Source: Paraphysomonas bandaiensis (Eukaryota > Protista > Chrysophyceae). Taken from it: a DNA stretch of 64,000 nt. Shown here piece after piece: positions 52,372 through 63,548 of this stretch. The stretch lies in the NCBI GenBank assembly GCA_965644295.1, contig CBFFRP010000357.1:62001-126000 (forward strand). Reading direction: 5' to 3'. Position numbers and translations under genes: made by a program. The notes below the pieces were generated by a model that was not told where the DNA came from, ran no database searches, and worked only from the letters and a program-made list of their open reading frames with translations. How positions within the stretch are numbered: the first letter of the stretch is position 1; each line of letters opens with the position of its first letter.

Positions 52372-53792
52372 TTAGATATTAGCTGCGTTGTCTTCTGATG
52401 GTTCCCTGGCCACTACCGCATTATTGCTCTGCTTGCATTCGTCACGGGAGGGTGATTCAGAGGGCACTTGAGAATATTGCGCTGCTGCAGATGAAGCAGC
52501 TTTTTGATTTCCTTGCAATTCTTCATCTGAACCAGCATCATCATTGCCGGACTTCGCCATCTCCTCATCCTCACCATCTCCTGGAGATATCTGCGAGCCA
52601 CTAGCTCCATTAGCAGGAATTTCTAGCTCAGATCCGCCCCCAAATGATTCATTTTTCTGAGAAAAATCAGGGTAAAACGTCTCCATCATAAATCAACACA
52701 CCTTTTTGGCTTTCATATCTCGTTTCTCGGCAGCCTGCTGTTTCTTTTCCCTTTGCCTCTTGGATTCGAGCACTATGAAGTCGTACGTAGTTATACCTTT
52801 GTACACTGTGTGGAGTTATATTAGACATTTCGCATGGAACATAACCACAGTGGTTTTTGCACCAATAGCAACATGACAAAATGTAAAGCCAACCATATTC
52901 ATGCTATTACCTAGCATGCAGTGAAATCCGGCCAGCTGGTATATAAGTCCCACTAGAAGTACTAGCACTGCGACCGAAAGTATAAGCAGAGCGATCACGC
53001 TCCACATGCCAAGAGTGCTCCTCAAGAGTGCAGAAGATGATACTGCATATCATACAACAAGAGTAAGAATACGCGAATAAACACATACTTAAATCACGCA
53101 AAGAGATAACAACTGACACGTAGAACGCAGCTGAAATACGATTCAGCACACAGTACATGCGCATTCTACTAACTTCTATCCAGGAATCTCCCTCGCGATG
53201 TAAATGATTCCACTAAGAAGTAGATGGAGAAAAATAGACAAATCGTAGTCATGACCCCCACTCCACCGACCAAAATTAGAAAGTACCTAAGTTTAGGCAG
53301 TTCACATACAGCAAATATCATGACAAAATTAAACGTACTTGTAATTTTTCTCCCCAATGCATGTGTTTAACCATTTACAATGATGATCGAATCGTTTTAC
53401 ACACTTATCGCAGAATCTGCAATGCTTGCTCGTATTGTGCCTGTTATTTATTTGAACATCAATACAATGTTACACCACAGCCTGTGTACTTACACATTAA
53501 CCTCGCAGAGATAACAATACACATCTGAATCGCAGTGCGCTGCATCTTTCGTCAAAGAGTCGTCCGCCGGGTCAACAGCACATGTTACATATCCTGCCCA
53601 GGCAGATACTATGGATGCTACAATAAACACTACTGTGATGGGGACTATTACTGCGTGAATTCTCCACATTAGAGGCATTATAAATAAGAAGTAATGGAGT
53701 AGAATCACAGGAAACAATAACCAAGTCGCAACTTGTAATGGATGATAAGGATATTCCAATCCATTTATTCGACGTTCATCTCCTGAAGGCAT
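52372..53792 (-). CDS. DHHC palmitoyl acyltransferase, multi-exon
   Basis: The exon at ~53342-53441 reads [32 protein letters not shown]-terminal [14 protein letters not shown] plus TMs; acidic tail. Confidence 0.93.
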
Positions 53793-54504
53793 ATTAATGA
53801 TAAGATCTACAGGTACACAGAGCTATAAGTCGTTTGTCATATATAATAACTTGTATTGATTGAATATAATAGAGAGATAGAGCCACCGTTATGATTGTAT
53901 ATAACAGTTAACGCATACTTGTGTTGGCTCTCAACTGTTGCTGTATCAACACTAACATATTACTTTATGTTGTGATGTACTTGCTCTATGGTCATATGCA
54001 GTACATTGCTGTCGTCTCGGTCCAAATACAAGTAACACACCACGTACAGCAGTACATGTCCAGTACCACCATATACAGCAGTACTCCCCAAGAGCCTACA
54101 GATGTATGCCATATGGCTATACTGTATGGTATATGTGCATCTACACCATCTACATCACAACCACCTACAGTACCTCCCACCTATCCGTACCTGGCTACAT
54201 ATACACACACTATCCCAGTACAGTCTATATATATCTACCTCCTACATATACAGCAGTGTATGATAGAAACTAAAAACTGAAAATACGTGGTGTCTATTGG
54301 ATCCATATGTCCACTACGTGTTTTGCCGTTTCAAAGTACTGTACAGCAGGAGTGGGTGTGTGTGTATGTTCATAGGCTCCTGCACTCTGATCGGATCTGT
54401 GTCGCTAGTTACTGTTGATCTCTATATAAACTGCTCTTCCAATAGAGTGAATAGAGTATTAGAACAACAAGTGTGTGTTTATGATATGGTGATATTAGAA
54501 TCGA

Positions 54505-57296
54505 ATGCCTAATGCTGTAGTTCCAATAAACAACGAATTCGTAAGTTAACTATATAGTGATGCGTATACATGACTCGGCTGATATATATATACTCTTATA
54601 GATGCAGGCGTTACAAGTCGAAGAACCCCATCATTATGAGCGACCAAAGCGCCATCATAAATCCATTAAGAAGAGAGTATTTGAGTTTATGGACTCTGTG
54701 CCGATGCAATTGTTTCTTGGAGTGCTGCTGGTGCTGTCCCTCTTCTTACCTGATATATGGATATTGAGCAACGCGTCTTCGGACTCTGATGCAGCTCTAT
54801 TCTCTGTATTACTGGCTGTATTTATAGTATTTATATTAGAAACTGTCATCTTAACGGCTGTTCAAGATGATTATTTCTTGAGTTTCTTTTTTTGGATGGA
54901 TTTTATCGGTACACTATCGATAATTCTCGATATTGGGTGGATCGCAGACTCCTTCATGCCCGACAATACTGCCGCACAAAAGGGCTCGCTTCTTCGGGCT
55001 GCAAGAGCTGCGAAACTTGGGGCTCGTTATGGGCGTCTGATGAGGCTCTTAAAGTTGATGCGTTTCTTTAAATTCCTCCCTTGCTTCAAACAAGAGGAAG
55101 ATGCTGAACCCGAGCCCACAATGTCTGCTGTGCGGAAGGTCTCCTCTGAGCTGTCATCAGTTCTCTCTCGTCGTGTGGCCGCACTAGTTATGCTTATTGT
55201 TATTGTAGTCCCTTTCTTGGACTATAATATTGTAGACAAAAGCGTGGATGCTTGGTTGACTAATTTCAGAAGAGTGGCTTTCGACAATACAACCACCACA
55301 GAAGACCTGGACAGCATGGCGAAAAAGTTTCGTCGCTTTTATCACACTGAAGCCCTTACTCCTTTACAGCTTACAATAGAGACTTCTCATTTGCCTCTGT
55401 TCAATGAGCACTATTCTCAGGGTTACAAGCTTAGAACGGACAATAAGGTCCTTTACGAAACGAGTTACATCGACGACGACGAAAAGTACTGGGTGCGCGT
55501 CAAGATGAATCGCACTGTTATCCGCCAGTGGGATGCGTTTTTTGGAATAATGCTCATTATCCTTGTCATTGTTGTACTGGTTGGGTTTTCTGCTTCATTT
55601 CAGAATTCTGTCGACGTTCTAGTGGTTGTACCTCTCGAGAAGATGATGAACACTCTAAGACGCAGCGCGACCGCAATGTTGAAGAGCATGCAGGCCATGG
55701 ACAAAGAAGATGAGGAAAATATGATGGGTGAGAATAGCGACCTGGATCAAGAGCTAGAAACCGCTGTTCTCGAGAAGATGGTGGAGAAGTGTGAGTAATT
55801 TTTCTGTCGTTAAATTTGAAATTTATGACATTATTCGTGCAGTGGCCAGAATTGTAAAACACGTGACCAACGATAACGATTTGGTAGTGGACGAAAATGT
55901 GGATAGTGCAGTGGCAAGTTGGCTCACCCAGAATTACGCTGGTGGCGCTGCGAGAAAGCGCAGTGCTATTGTGAAGGATCACTTGGATTTATCGGATGAA
56001 GAGCAGCAGAATAAACTCAGGGACCTTCACAAAACTGTAGACCCGAAGATCGTGAATAGCTGGAATTTTGATGTTTTGAAATACGATTATGACCAGCTAT
56101 TTGAGTATAACCGATACTTGTTTGATGTTTTCAATGTGTTCGCTCAATTCGACATCCCAGTAGATGTGATGAACGCCTTCATGCAGGAGTTGTCGACAAG
56201 GTACATCAAGGACAACACTTACCACAACTTCCACCATGCATGTGATGTAACGCAAACCACCTACCGTCTATTGATGGTCTCCAAAGTTCATATTGCTTTA
56301 AGTGATTTGGAGGCATTTTCTATGCTCGTTGCGGCTATGGGACATGATGTGGGGCACCCTGGAGTAAATAATGCATTCCTGGTGAAAACCCGCCACGACC
56401 TGGCCATGCTTCACAACGACAAATCTCCGCTAGAGAATATGCACTGCTCACTCCTCTATGAGCTTTTCCGTAGGCCGGAGCTCAATATAATGGTAGGATT
56501 ACCGGATGCTCAGTGGCGTGAGTCCAGGAAGATTATCTTGTCACTTATCTTGGGGACAGATATGGCCCACCATTTTGATCAAGTGTCTAAGACTCAGGTG
56601 ATGTGCTCATTGCAGCATACGTATTATATAGTGTAACTCGAATATATTAATATACCTTTTCGTTTATCTCACTATGCGTGTAGCTATTTCTGGAGGTCAA
56701 TGGGGAGGATGTGAAGAAGTTTTGCTATGGACACAAGGACACAATTGAGTGCTTTGGAGAGGAGAAGAATAGAATTTTTATCATGGAGCTCTTTCTGCAT
56801 TGCGCCGACATTTCGAACCCCTACAAACCCTTTGAGATATGTGCACAGTGGGCAGATCTAGTTTCGCAGGAGTTCTTTTCCCAAGGTGACAAGGAGAGAG
56901 CCAGTGGTATGGACGTCTCTCCCATGATGGACAGGGAGACATCTAATTTGTTTAATATGCAAATGGGTTTTATTGAGTTCGTGGTATCTCCTCTTGTGAA
57001 TAGTAAGTATCTTTGTACTTTATGAAAATGTGTAATCGGCGCCCGCAGCTGTTGTAACCCTCTTCCCACCGCTGAAGGAAACTGGCGAGATGATGCTCTC
57101 GAACTACATCCAGTGGGGTGAGAAGCGCAAGGATGAGATTCGCGGGACAGTCGACATGGCTGCTGACAAGAAGGACGAGGAGGTGAAGAAAGTGGATGAT
57201 CGCATCAGTAAATTTAAGGATAAGATGGCTTTCCTTAGTAACATCGTCGAGGCTAAACGAAAGCACTCCTCAGGGAGTTTGGCCTCCAATAAGTAG
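54505..57296 (+). CDS. Voltage-sensor-domain membrane protein fused to a class I 3',5'-cyclic nucleotide phosphodiesterase
   Basis: Exons 54505-54540, 54602-55790, 55843-56597, 56684-57002 and 57049-57296 splice in frame. S4-like RAARAAKLGARYGRLMRLLKLMR. PDE motifs YHNFHHACD, HDVGHPGVNN, LENMH, TDMAHH, HCADISNP, EFFSQGD and QMGFI. Confidence 0.92.
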
Positions 57297-57589
57297 ATAC
57301 AGGAGAAAGTACAGAACGCTAATTTTCGCTTATAGCAACAGCTGTCGTTTTCTATCTCATTGGATGTTTGGATATCGCGTACGTAAGGACCACCTTGTTT
57401 CATCAGTGGTCACAGTACGCTTGTGAGTGTGTATGGCTAACATGAATTCACCGAAGGGTCTTTAGAAGCCTGTGTTACCTCGCAAGAGTGTAGTGTAGGC
57501 TCTGGGCACATTATTCTTTGTGAAATAAGTTGAGAAGATAAATATAAAAAATCATGGTAGTATAAAGCAATTTGTCCAAAGTGACACTA

Positions 57590-58241
57590 CTTATACGTGT
57601 CCCTCATATACCACACACAAGCACTAGGCTATGAGTGGGCAGTTCCACGCCCTCGAAAAAACCATCACCTCTAACCTGCTCCCCCTATATGATGGAGGGC
57701 TCCGCATGCTTCGAAATAGGGGACTCAGACACCACAACGCAGACACGGCACCGGCAACACCGGTCACGACACACTCACAGCAACGCCAGTCCCAGGAAAC
57801 TCACCCGACACCAAAAATACTCCAGCTACTCCAGGCGACATCCACCCCAAGAGTTATACCCTCTACAAGAGTCCAAACCCGACAGAGGCAAGCGCAACCA
57901 CTCCAGAAACAACTCCTCCTTACTTGTGGCCGAAACCCCACCTCGACAACCAGCACCATCTCCACCACTGACTTATACTCTCATATACATCTCGCCCCAT
58001 ACACCCCTCACATATTACATGGAACAGGCCCGCCAGACACATTGCCCAAAGGTAGACTCCCCGACTAACCTCAATACAAGGGCGGTTGGACCATAGTCCT
58101 CGCCGCGATGCACAAGCAGTCCCGAGACGGTTGCCCGCCGTTAGTAGTATATAGCAAGTCCAGTTATTAGTTAGTCTATGGATGTATAACTAGTTTCTGT
58201 ACGCAACCGTTCTCATGTAATAATCAACTATCCTATATATC
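57590..58241 (+). mobile_element. Putative 5'-truncated retroelement (non-LTR-like) 3' fragment
   Basis: Strongly C/A-skewed segment ending in the motif shared with 14616-14694. The left border is approximate. Confidence 0.45.
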
Positions 58242-58508
58242 AAAGAATACAGTAGTAGCTAACCGTACTATGAGTACGAATGAAATGATAGCTATTGTAG
58301 TACTGAAACTGAAATATATTAACTGCACAAGATAGTGACGATTTAAGATCGTACTTGAAATGGTTGGTGTAGTAAAGATAAATCGAGTTGGTGAATGACA
58401 ATGAATGATGAATGATATCTATTATAATTTATAATTTTCTGTTTAACGTGTTTATCTAAGCTTTCATACTAAGTTCAACTACCAACTACTAATTATGTTG
58501 TTTTCTAA

Positions 58509-58850
58509 CACAGATGATCAGACTGCGGACATATTTACAAAATCATTGTGTGGTGTGTAATATGAGAAGCATAGAAATGTGTGTGGCGTGACTTATTGGT
58601 CGAAGTATACAGAGGAGTGTAGATGAGCAAGTGACGATTAAATCGAGAACATGGGAGATACCAAAGACTAGCTAAGTCTTATTGGTGGTAATCGTAACCA
58701 CTTGAATAACAATGGTATTACGATATGATATTATAATAGATATAAAATACATTGGTTATGAAGAATGCTACACCAGTTGCAATAAAATTGATGCCATTAC
58801 GTTATCATGGTCATAATATATGTCTTAATAATATATGTTTGTCGCCTACA
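58509..58850 (+). mobile_element. Ty1/copia retrotransposon 3' remnant: RNase H end, polypurine tract, putative 3' LTR (58618-58850)
   Basis: Translates as TDDQTADIFTKSLCGV*YEKHRNVCGV. Then agaggag directly before TGTAG...CTACA, which contains TATAAAA and AATAAA. Confidence 0.75.
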
Positions 58851-58979
58851 GTGTACATAAGTATACTCATGTTCTTTGAATGCAAGATATCTGGATTATA
58901 AATATAGTCGGGGTTTCGAAAAGTCACGTGTCATACTGGATGGAGGTCGACATATCGCATAAAATCGTTAGACAGGTAT

Positions 58980-59867
58980 TCAAGGTTCCCGCTCCCCAGT
59001 AACCACTCCGATCAGCCTCTTACATGTTTTCACATAGGCATGACCCACCTTAACACTCGCTTGATAAAATCGCGGAGCAAAGTCGTGGGAGAGAGTATCA
59101 ACGTTTTTACCCATCCTACACCACAATATATCAGAGTAGGTCATGCACAGGAGACTATTCCATCCAGTGACAATATACAATACTAGTAGTCCTCACAGAC
59201 CACTAACATCGGGGTATACACTTCATACGTGCACTATACAAGACTTATACCTTTGTAGCACTCTGTCAAAGAGTTTAAAATAATTATCAGGGCTGAGCAC
59301 TGAATTATCGGAATCCATTACGCGTCCATATTTACGTTCTAGTATACCCCTTGCATTAGTGTCCTGCTCTTGACCATTCTCACTCTGTTCTTGGCTACGT
59401 GCTCGTTCTTTCGCAAAAGTACCAGCAAAAATAATCTCAAGTGATTTGCCTGGAAATATATAATGTGTCTTCTCATTTGTTTTGGGGTCCATTGCTTTCG
59501 CCCACATGGATGTCCTGTTAACCCCAATAACACATAACAGTCATATCATTCATACTACATACCCAAATATAACACTCATAGTTGGTAGTTTCGGTCCCTC
59601 TCTAACTGGTTTTGGTTTGGCTGGTAGCATTTTCTTTAATTCTTCTTTCTCGATCTTAACATGCTGCGATATGCTGCATATACACACACATGTATGTATA
59701 TATGAGACACAGAGAGATACACAGCAACACATCACCTACCCATAACACTTTGGTGCTTGTTTCTTTAATCCATCAGCATCAGCATATGCGATCAGTATAC
59801 CTGAACACTTTGCACATATGAATGATTCGTGTTTCGTCTGTGATTGTTTGTTATGAACCCGTTCCAT
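58980..59867 (-). CDS. Hypothetical protein, ~4 exons
   Basis: ATG at 59867 (MERVHNK...CAKCSG...KCYG), with GT-AG introns linking ORFs 59550-59735, 59223-59507 and 58980-59180. Confidence 0.6.
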
Positions 59868-60115
59868 GATTAGATAGTCCTATACATCAATCAGTTGAAT
59901 GCTCATTGAGCATTGTTACTGTGGTGATATGTGTGTATGATGGTGGAGTTGAGGGCGATATGCAGGAAGGAATGTGCATTGAGAGTATGTGTATATGTGT
60001 ATATGTATGTATGTATGGAGAGATGAGTGTATGTGTGTGTGTACAGAGAGTGGAGGGAAGAAGAGGGTTCTGCAGTTCCATACAGACATTCTACAGAGAA
60101 TTCCGTACAGTACTT

Positions 60116-60280
60116 CTGGGGGTGGTTTTTCATCGATTTGTTCATTGTTTATTTCATTGAAAAATCATCGTTTTTTCATTAAAACGTCAATTTTTTTCAC
60201 TTTTCACTGAAAAAACGATGATTTTTGGATGATATAAATGATAACAACTCGACGAAATCGATATGCACAACCACCCCCTG
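60116..60280. mobile_element. MITE-like foldback element
   Basis: Outer inverted repeat c(t/a)gggggtggtt...atcgattt / aaatcgat...aaccaccccctg and inner inverted repeat aaaaatcatcgttttttca / tgaaaaaacgatgattttt. No clean TSD. Confidence 0.55.
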
Positions 60281-60309
60281 TTCCATACACTGTGTGATAG
60301 TGTACCTCT

Positions 60310-60627
60310 ATACATACATACATACATACATACATACATACATACATACATACATACATACATACATACATACATACATACATACATACATACATACATA
60401 CATACATACATACATACATACATACATACATACATACATACATACATACATACATACATACATACATACATACATACATACATACATACATACATACATA
60501 CATACATACATACATACATACATACATACATACATACATACATACATACATACATACATACATACATACATACATACATACATACATACATACATACATA
60601 CATACATACATACATACATACATACAT
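60310..60627. repeat. (TACA)n microsatellite, ~320 bp, between divergent genes
   Basis: Perfect array. Confidence 0.99.
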
Positions 60628-60687
60628 GCATGCATCGGATCATATAGTTCATGGACTCAGATAGTCATTCTATTATGTGGTCATAGG

Positions 60688-61665
60688 ATGGATCAAGAAA
60701 TTATCTCTCTTCTACATGAACCTCATCTATACACATGGTTAGAAATCGCTTTCTTAATCGAAGGCAAGAGGCCTCTATTGCATATTGATGAGTTCAATAC
60801 AGCAGCCAGAGAGGCTTATGTACATAATAACAGTAATCTACAAACAGTTTTAAATATTAAAACCAATTCTGATATATCAAATAATCCACAAATTGTATCA
60901 TTTGTTTTGGGTAATTTAAAGAAGAAAAAGAAAGTGAATTGTTTGGGTACTGCACTGGTTGCTTATCTGATAGCTCATGCTAATGGTATTGGTTGTACAA
61001 TGCATTGCTCTGAATCTCATAGTTGGATTGAGACAATAGATGGTACAAAGATTGATGTATTGAGTAATATAAAAGCTGCGCAGAAATCATCACTACCTCT
61101 ATCGATATATGAAAATTGTCGACAAGTGGATTCGTTTGGCATGTGTATGCTGATAATAACTAATGACAACTCCCTCTCGGATGAAATGGAGTTTAATATT
61201 TTGCACCATTATAGAGATAAACTTAAACATTCCTGGGAATTCTCGAAGTTATTTTCATTGGGGGTGGAGTATAATCATCCTGATGTGGGACTGTCGTTGC
61301 TAGACCGTGATTCTAACAGCATTGAGCTCAGTATTCTACGGACCCTGTACTACATCAATGAGGAAGAAGATATCCAATTGTCATTAGAGCAAATGAATCA
61401 GTTACTGCATATGGTGACAGAACTTTGTGAGCGATGCAATATAAACTCGGACATATTTCTGTACCCGAAATCTAGTTTAATGTTCCTGGCTGAGGAGTTT
61501 GTGTCCACGTTTACGGGGCAGATGGAGGCTGCGTCTGGATATGAGGATTGGACTGAAGCCGCGGCATGCATATGTAAAAAGTACCTCCCAAGCACATATG
61601 ACAAATTTTACAAAGCATTACCATGTCTTAGCGGTAAGCGTAGGAGAATAGAAAAGAAACAGTAA
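60688..61665 (+). CDS. Menin-like / transglutaminase-fold protein with basic NLS-like segments
   Basis: 325-aa ORF. VNCLGTALVAYLIA...MHCSESHSWIE...KIDV resembles the menin block LD[SC]xGVAFAVV...HLALSEDHAW. KKKKK and GKRRR basic clusters. Confidence 0.6.
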   Translation: MDQEIISLLHEPHLYTWLEIAFLIEGKRPLLHIDEFNTAAREAYVHNNSNLQTVLNIKTNSDISNNPQIVSFVLGNLKKKKKVNCLGTALVAYLIAHANGIGCTMHCSESHSWIETIDGTKIDVLSNIKAAQKSSLPLSIYENCRQVDSFGMCMLIITNDNSLSDEMEFNILHHYRDKLKHSWEFSKLFSLGVEYNHPDVGLSLLDRDSNSIELSILRTLYYINEEEDIQLSLEQMNQLLHMVTELCERCNINSDIFLYPKSSLMFLAEEFVSTFTGQMEAASGYEDWTEAAACICKKYLPSTYDKFYKALPCLSGKRRRIEKKQ

Positions 61666-62312
61666 ATCTTGCTTCGTTGATAATTATTTTATAATTTTTA
61701 ATGTTTCGTTGTGAATTGTTATCCTATTCCGAGAAATTTGAACTTCTTGTTGGGGAATTTTTTCTAGCCAGTTAGTATTTATGGGACCCTCCTTCACTAC
61801 GGCAAAATAAAGACTTCGGTAACAACGTAACAACAATTTGATAATTGAATTGGTTGTTTTTGCCGTATACTTATTAAGGTCTCGTATTCATGCTTACCAG
61901 GCAGAGCTTAGTACGTTTAACGAGGTTAAAGTTGAACAATTGTAGTTGATAATTGATAACGTCAATTACACATACACTTATCAGGCGGTGAGGAGTATCA
62001 TTCCCTTATCTAAGTATATCTAAATGAATATATACCTGAGCTTTAAGCGGATGGGTGAAATCGATATAATTCATGGCGTATAGGGTGTAAGTTATGATGC
62101 TATGATTATGTTATTATGAATAAATATTTCAGTATACTTATAACATAAACACATAACAGCATATTTTAAAAAACGTCATTAAAAATATCGATAAATTCAG
62201 TGATAATCAGTCATGAGTGCAATACATCCTTATCCGAGTATTCCACTTGCTCATGAGTTATGTGGGTATAAGCTTGCATAGAAGGTAACGGTTATTGTAA
62301 TGCTACAGCATC

Positions 62313-63548
62313 TTATCGACGAAATCGACGATTGTGAGACTCCAGTATGCCTGACACAAGTGGACTGAGGAAGTCCGTATCAGCAACAATACTGCAGTAG
62401 TCGCAAACGTCGTCAAAAGGAGAAACAGAACAATGAACGTGAGCATCAACTGCAACTCCCATATAGGCTGTCACATAAGTGTGCAAGCCCACATTCACAG
62501 ACACAATAGAGGTGGATTTCCTTTTGTTGAATTCATAAAATCTGTTCTGGACACGCAACACTACGTCCTTACCATTTAGTGTCACCTTCACCGGAATTTC
62601 ACGGCCTGTTCCAAATAACATGGCGGCATCATCACAACTAATTGACGAATAGATATGGGAGGTATTTGTGACCAAAGTGATTTCGTTCTCAGTAAGTCTT
62701 CGACGACGCCGTGAGGATGATGAAGTGGATAGTTGGTGAATAACGGGGGACAAGCATCCATCAACATTGTTGTTATAACACTCTCTGGGGAGGAGCACGA
62801 TGTAACTCTCTCCCTCGAAACTAGGTACGTGGGGAACTGCAACAAATGCAACCAGATCGTTATCAAGTATGTTAGAGGAGTACCCTGAACAGTCAAAAGG
62901 GCGTGATTCAATCTCAGTGCCCTCTTCTGATGTCGTAGAAATATCTACCACTGCTCTGCGAGTACCGCTGTTTTGAATCCTCCAAAACTGGTCGTTAAAT
63001 TGTGACGCAGTTTGCTGAGCAACGATGGAATATCCCTGATCAATGAATTCAGACAAACCATCACACGACACCGTGCCACACATATAAGATGTCAATCTTC
63101 GACGAGTGTTCAATTCGTTAAGTGTTTCCACCGAATAGTATGGTTTGTCCAACTGTACTAAGTTATCCTCTGTCATGCCACATTGAACTGTTTCCCCTGT
63201 GGATGATGATGTCAGAGTGTTTCCTTCAATAACAGTATCTTTGGACAATTGTACAGTTAAAACTATTACAAGAGTTAATATAACGATAAGTAAAACAGAC
63301 ACTACTCCGAGTAACTTCGATAGTCTCTTAAACTTCAGTTTATCTTTCTGATCTTGTACTGCACCTTCAAGAACTTGAATCATTTCATTCTCATCAATTA
63401 TTCCATCACTATTAATATCATATTTCTCTATTGCCAATTTAAGAGATGATTTCAATGATTCTAATTTAAATACATAGTCATCTCTTCCACTTAAATCAGC
63501 ATCCTCTTCATCTCTTATCTCAACAGTTTGCATCCTTTCATGCCTCAT
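62313..63548 (-). CDS. EF-hand, single-pass membrane protein with RRL motifs
   Basis: EF-loop DINSDGIIDENE, TM LLGVVSVLLIVILTLVIVLTV, RRRLT and RRRRRLT motifs, Cys-containing C-terminal part. The start is placed at the ATG at 63548. Confidence 0.75.
   Translation of the reverse strand: MRHERMQTVEIRDEEDADLSGRDDYVFKLESLKSSLKLAIEKYDINSDGIIDENEMIQVLEGAVQDQKDKLKFKRLSKLLGVVSVLLIVILTLVIVLTVQLSKDTVIEGNTLTSSSTGETVQCGMTEDNLVQLDKPYYSVETLNELNTRRRLTSYMCGTVSCDGLSEFIDQGYSIVAQQTASQFNDQFWRIQNSGTRRAVVDISTTSEEGTEIESRPFDCSGYSSNILDNDLVAFVAVPHVPSFEGESYIVLLPRECYNNNVDGCLSPVIHQLSTSSSSRRRRRLTENEITLVTNTSHIYSSISCDDAAMLFGTGREIPVKVTLNGKDVVLRVQNRFYEFNKRKSTSIVSVNVGLHTYVTAYMGVAVDAHVHCSVSPFDDVCDYCSIVADTDFLSPLVSGILESHNRRFRR

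Noticed and set aside
49596-57296. JmjC, uS15, DHHC and PDE genes as a functional cluster
   Set aside because: Unrelated functions and mixed orientation. Adjacency in a compact eukaryotic genome is not evidence of a shared pathway.
57631-58096. Two overlapping Thr/Pro/Gln-rich ORFs as host genes
   Set aside because: Explained by C/A compositional skew in a probable retroelement fragment. No domain recognised.
57488-58856. tgtaggc...gcctaca 7-bp inverted ends with gtgtag/gtgtac flanks as one element
   Set aside because: Too short, with an imperfect TSD. The right end is better explained as the copia LTR end.
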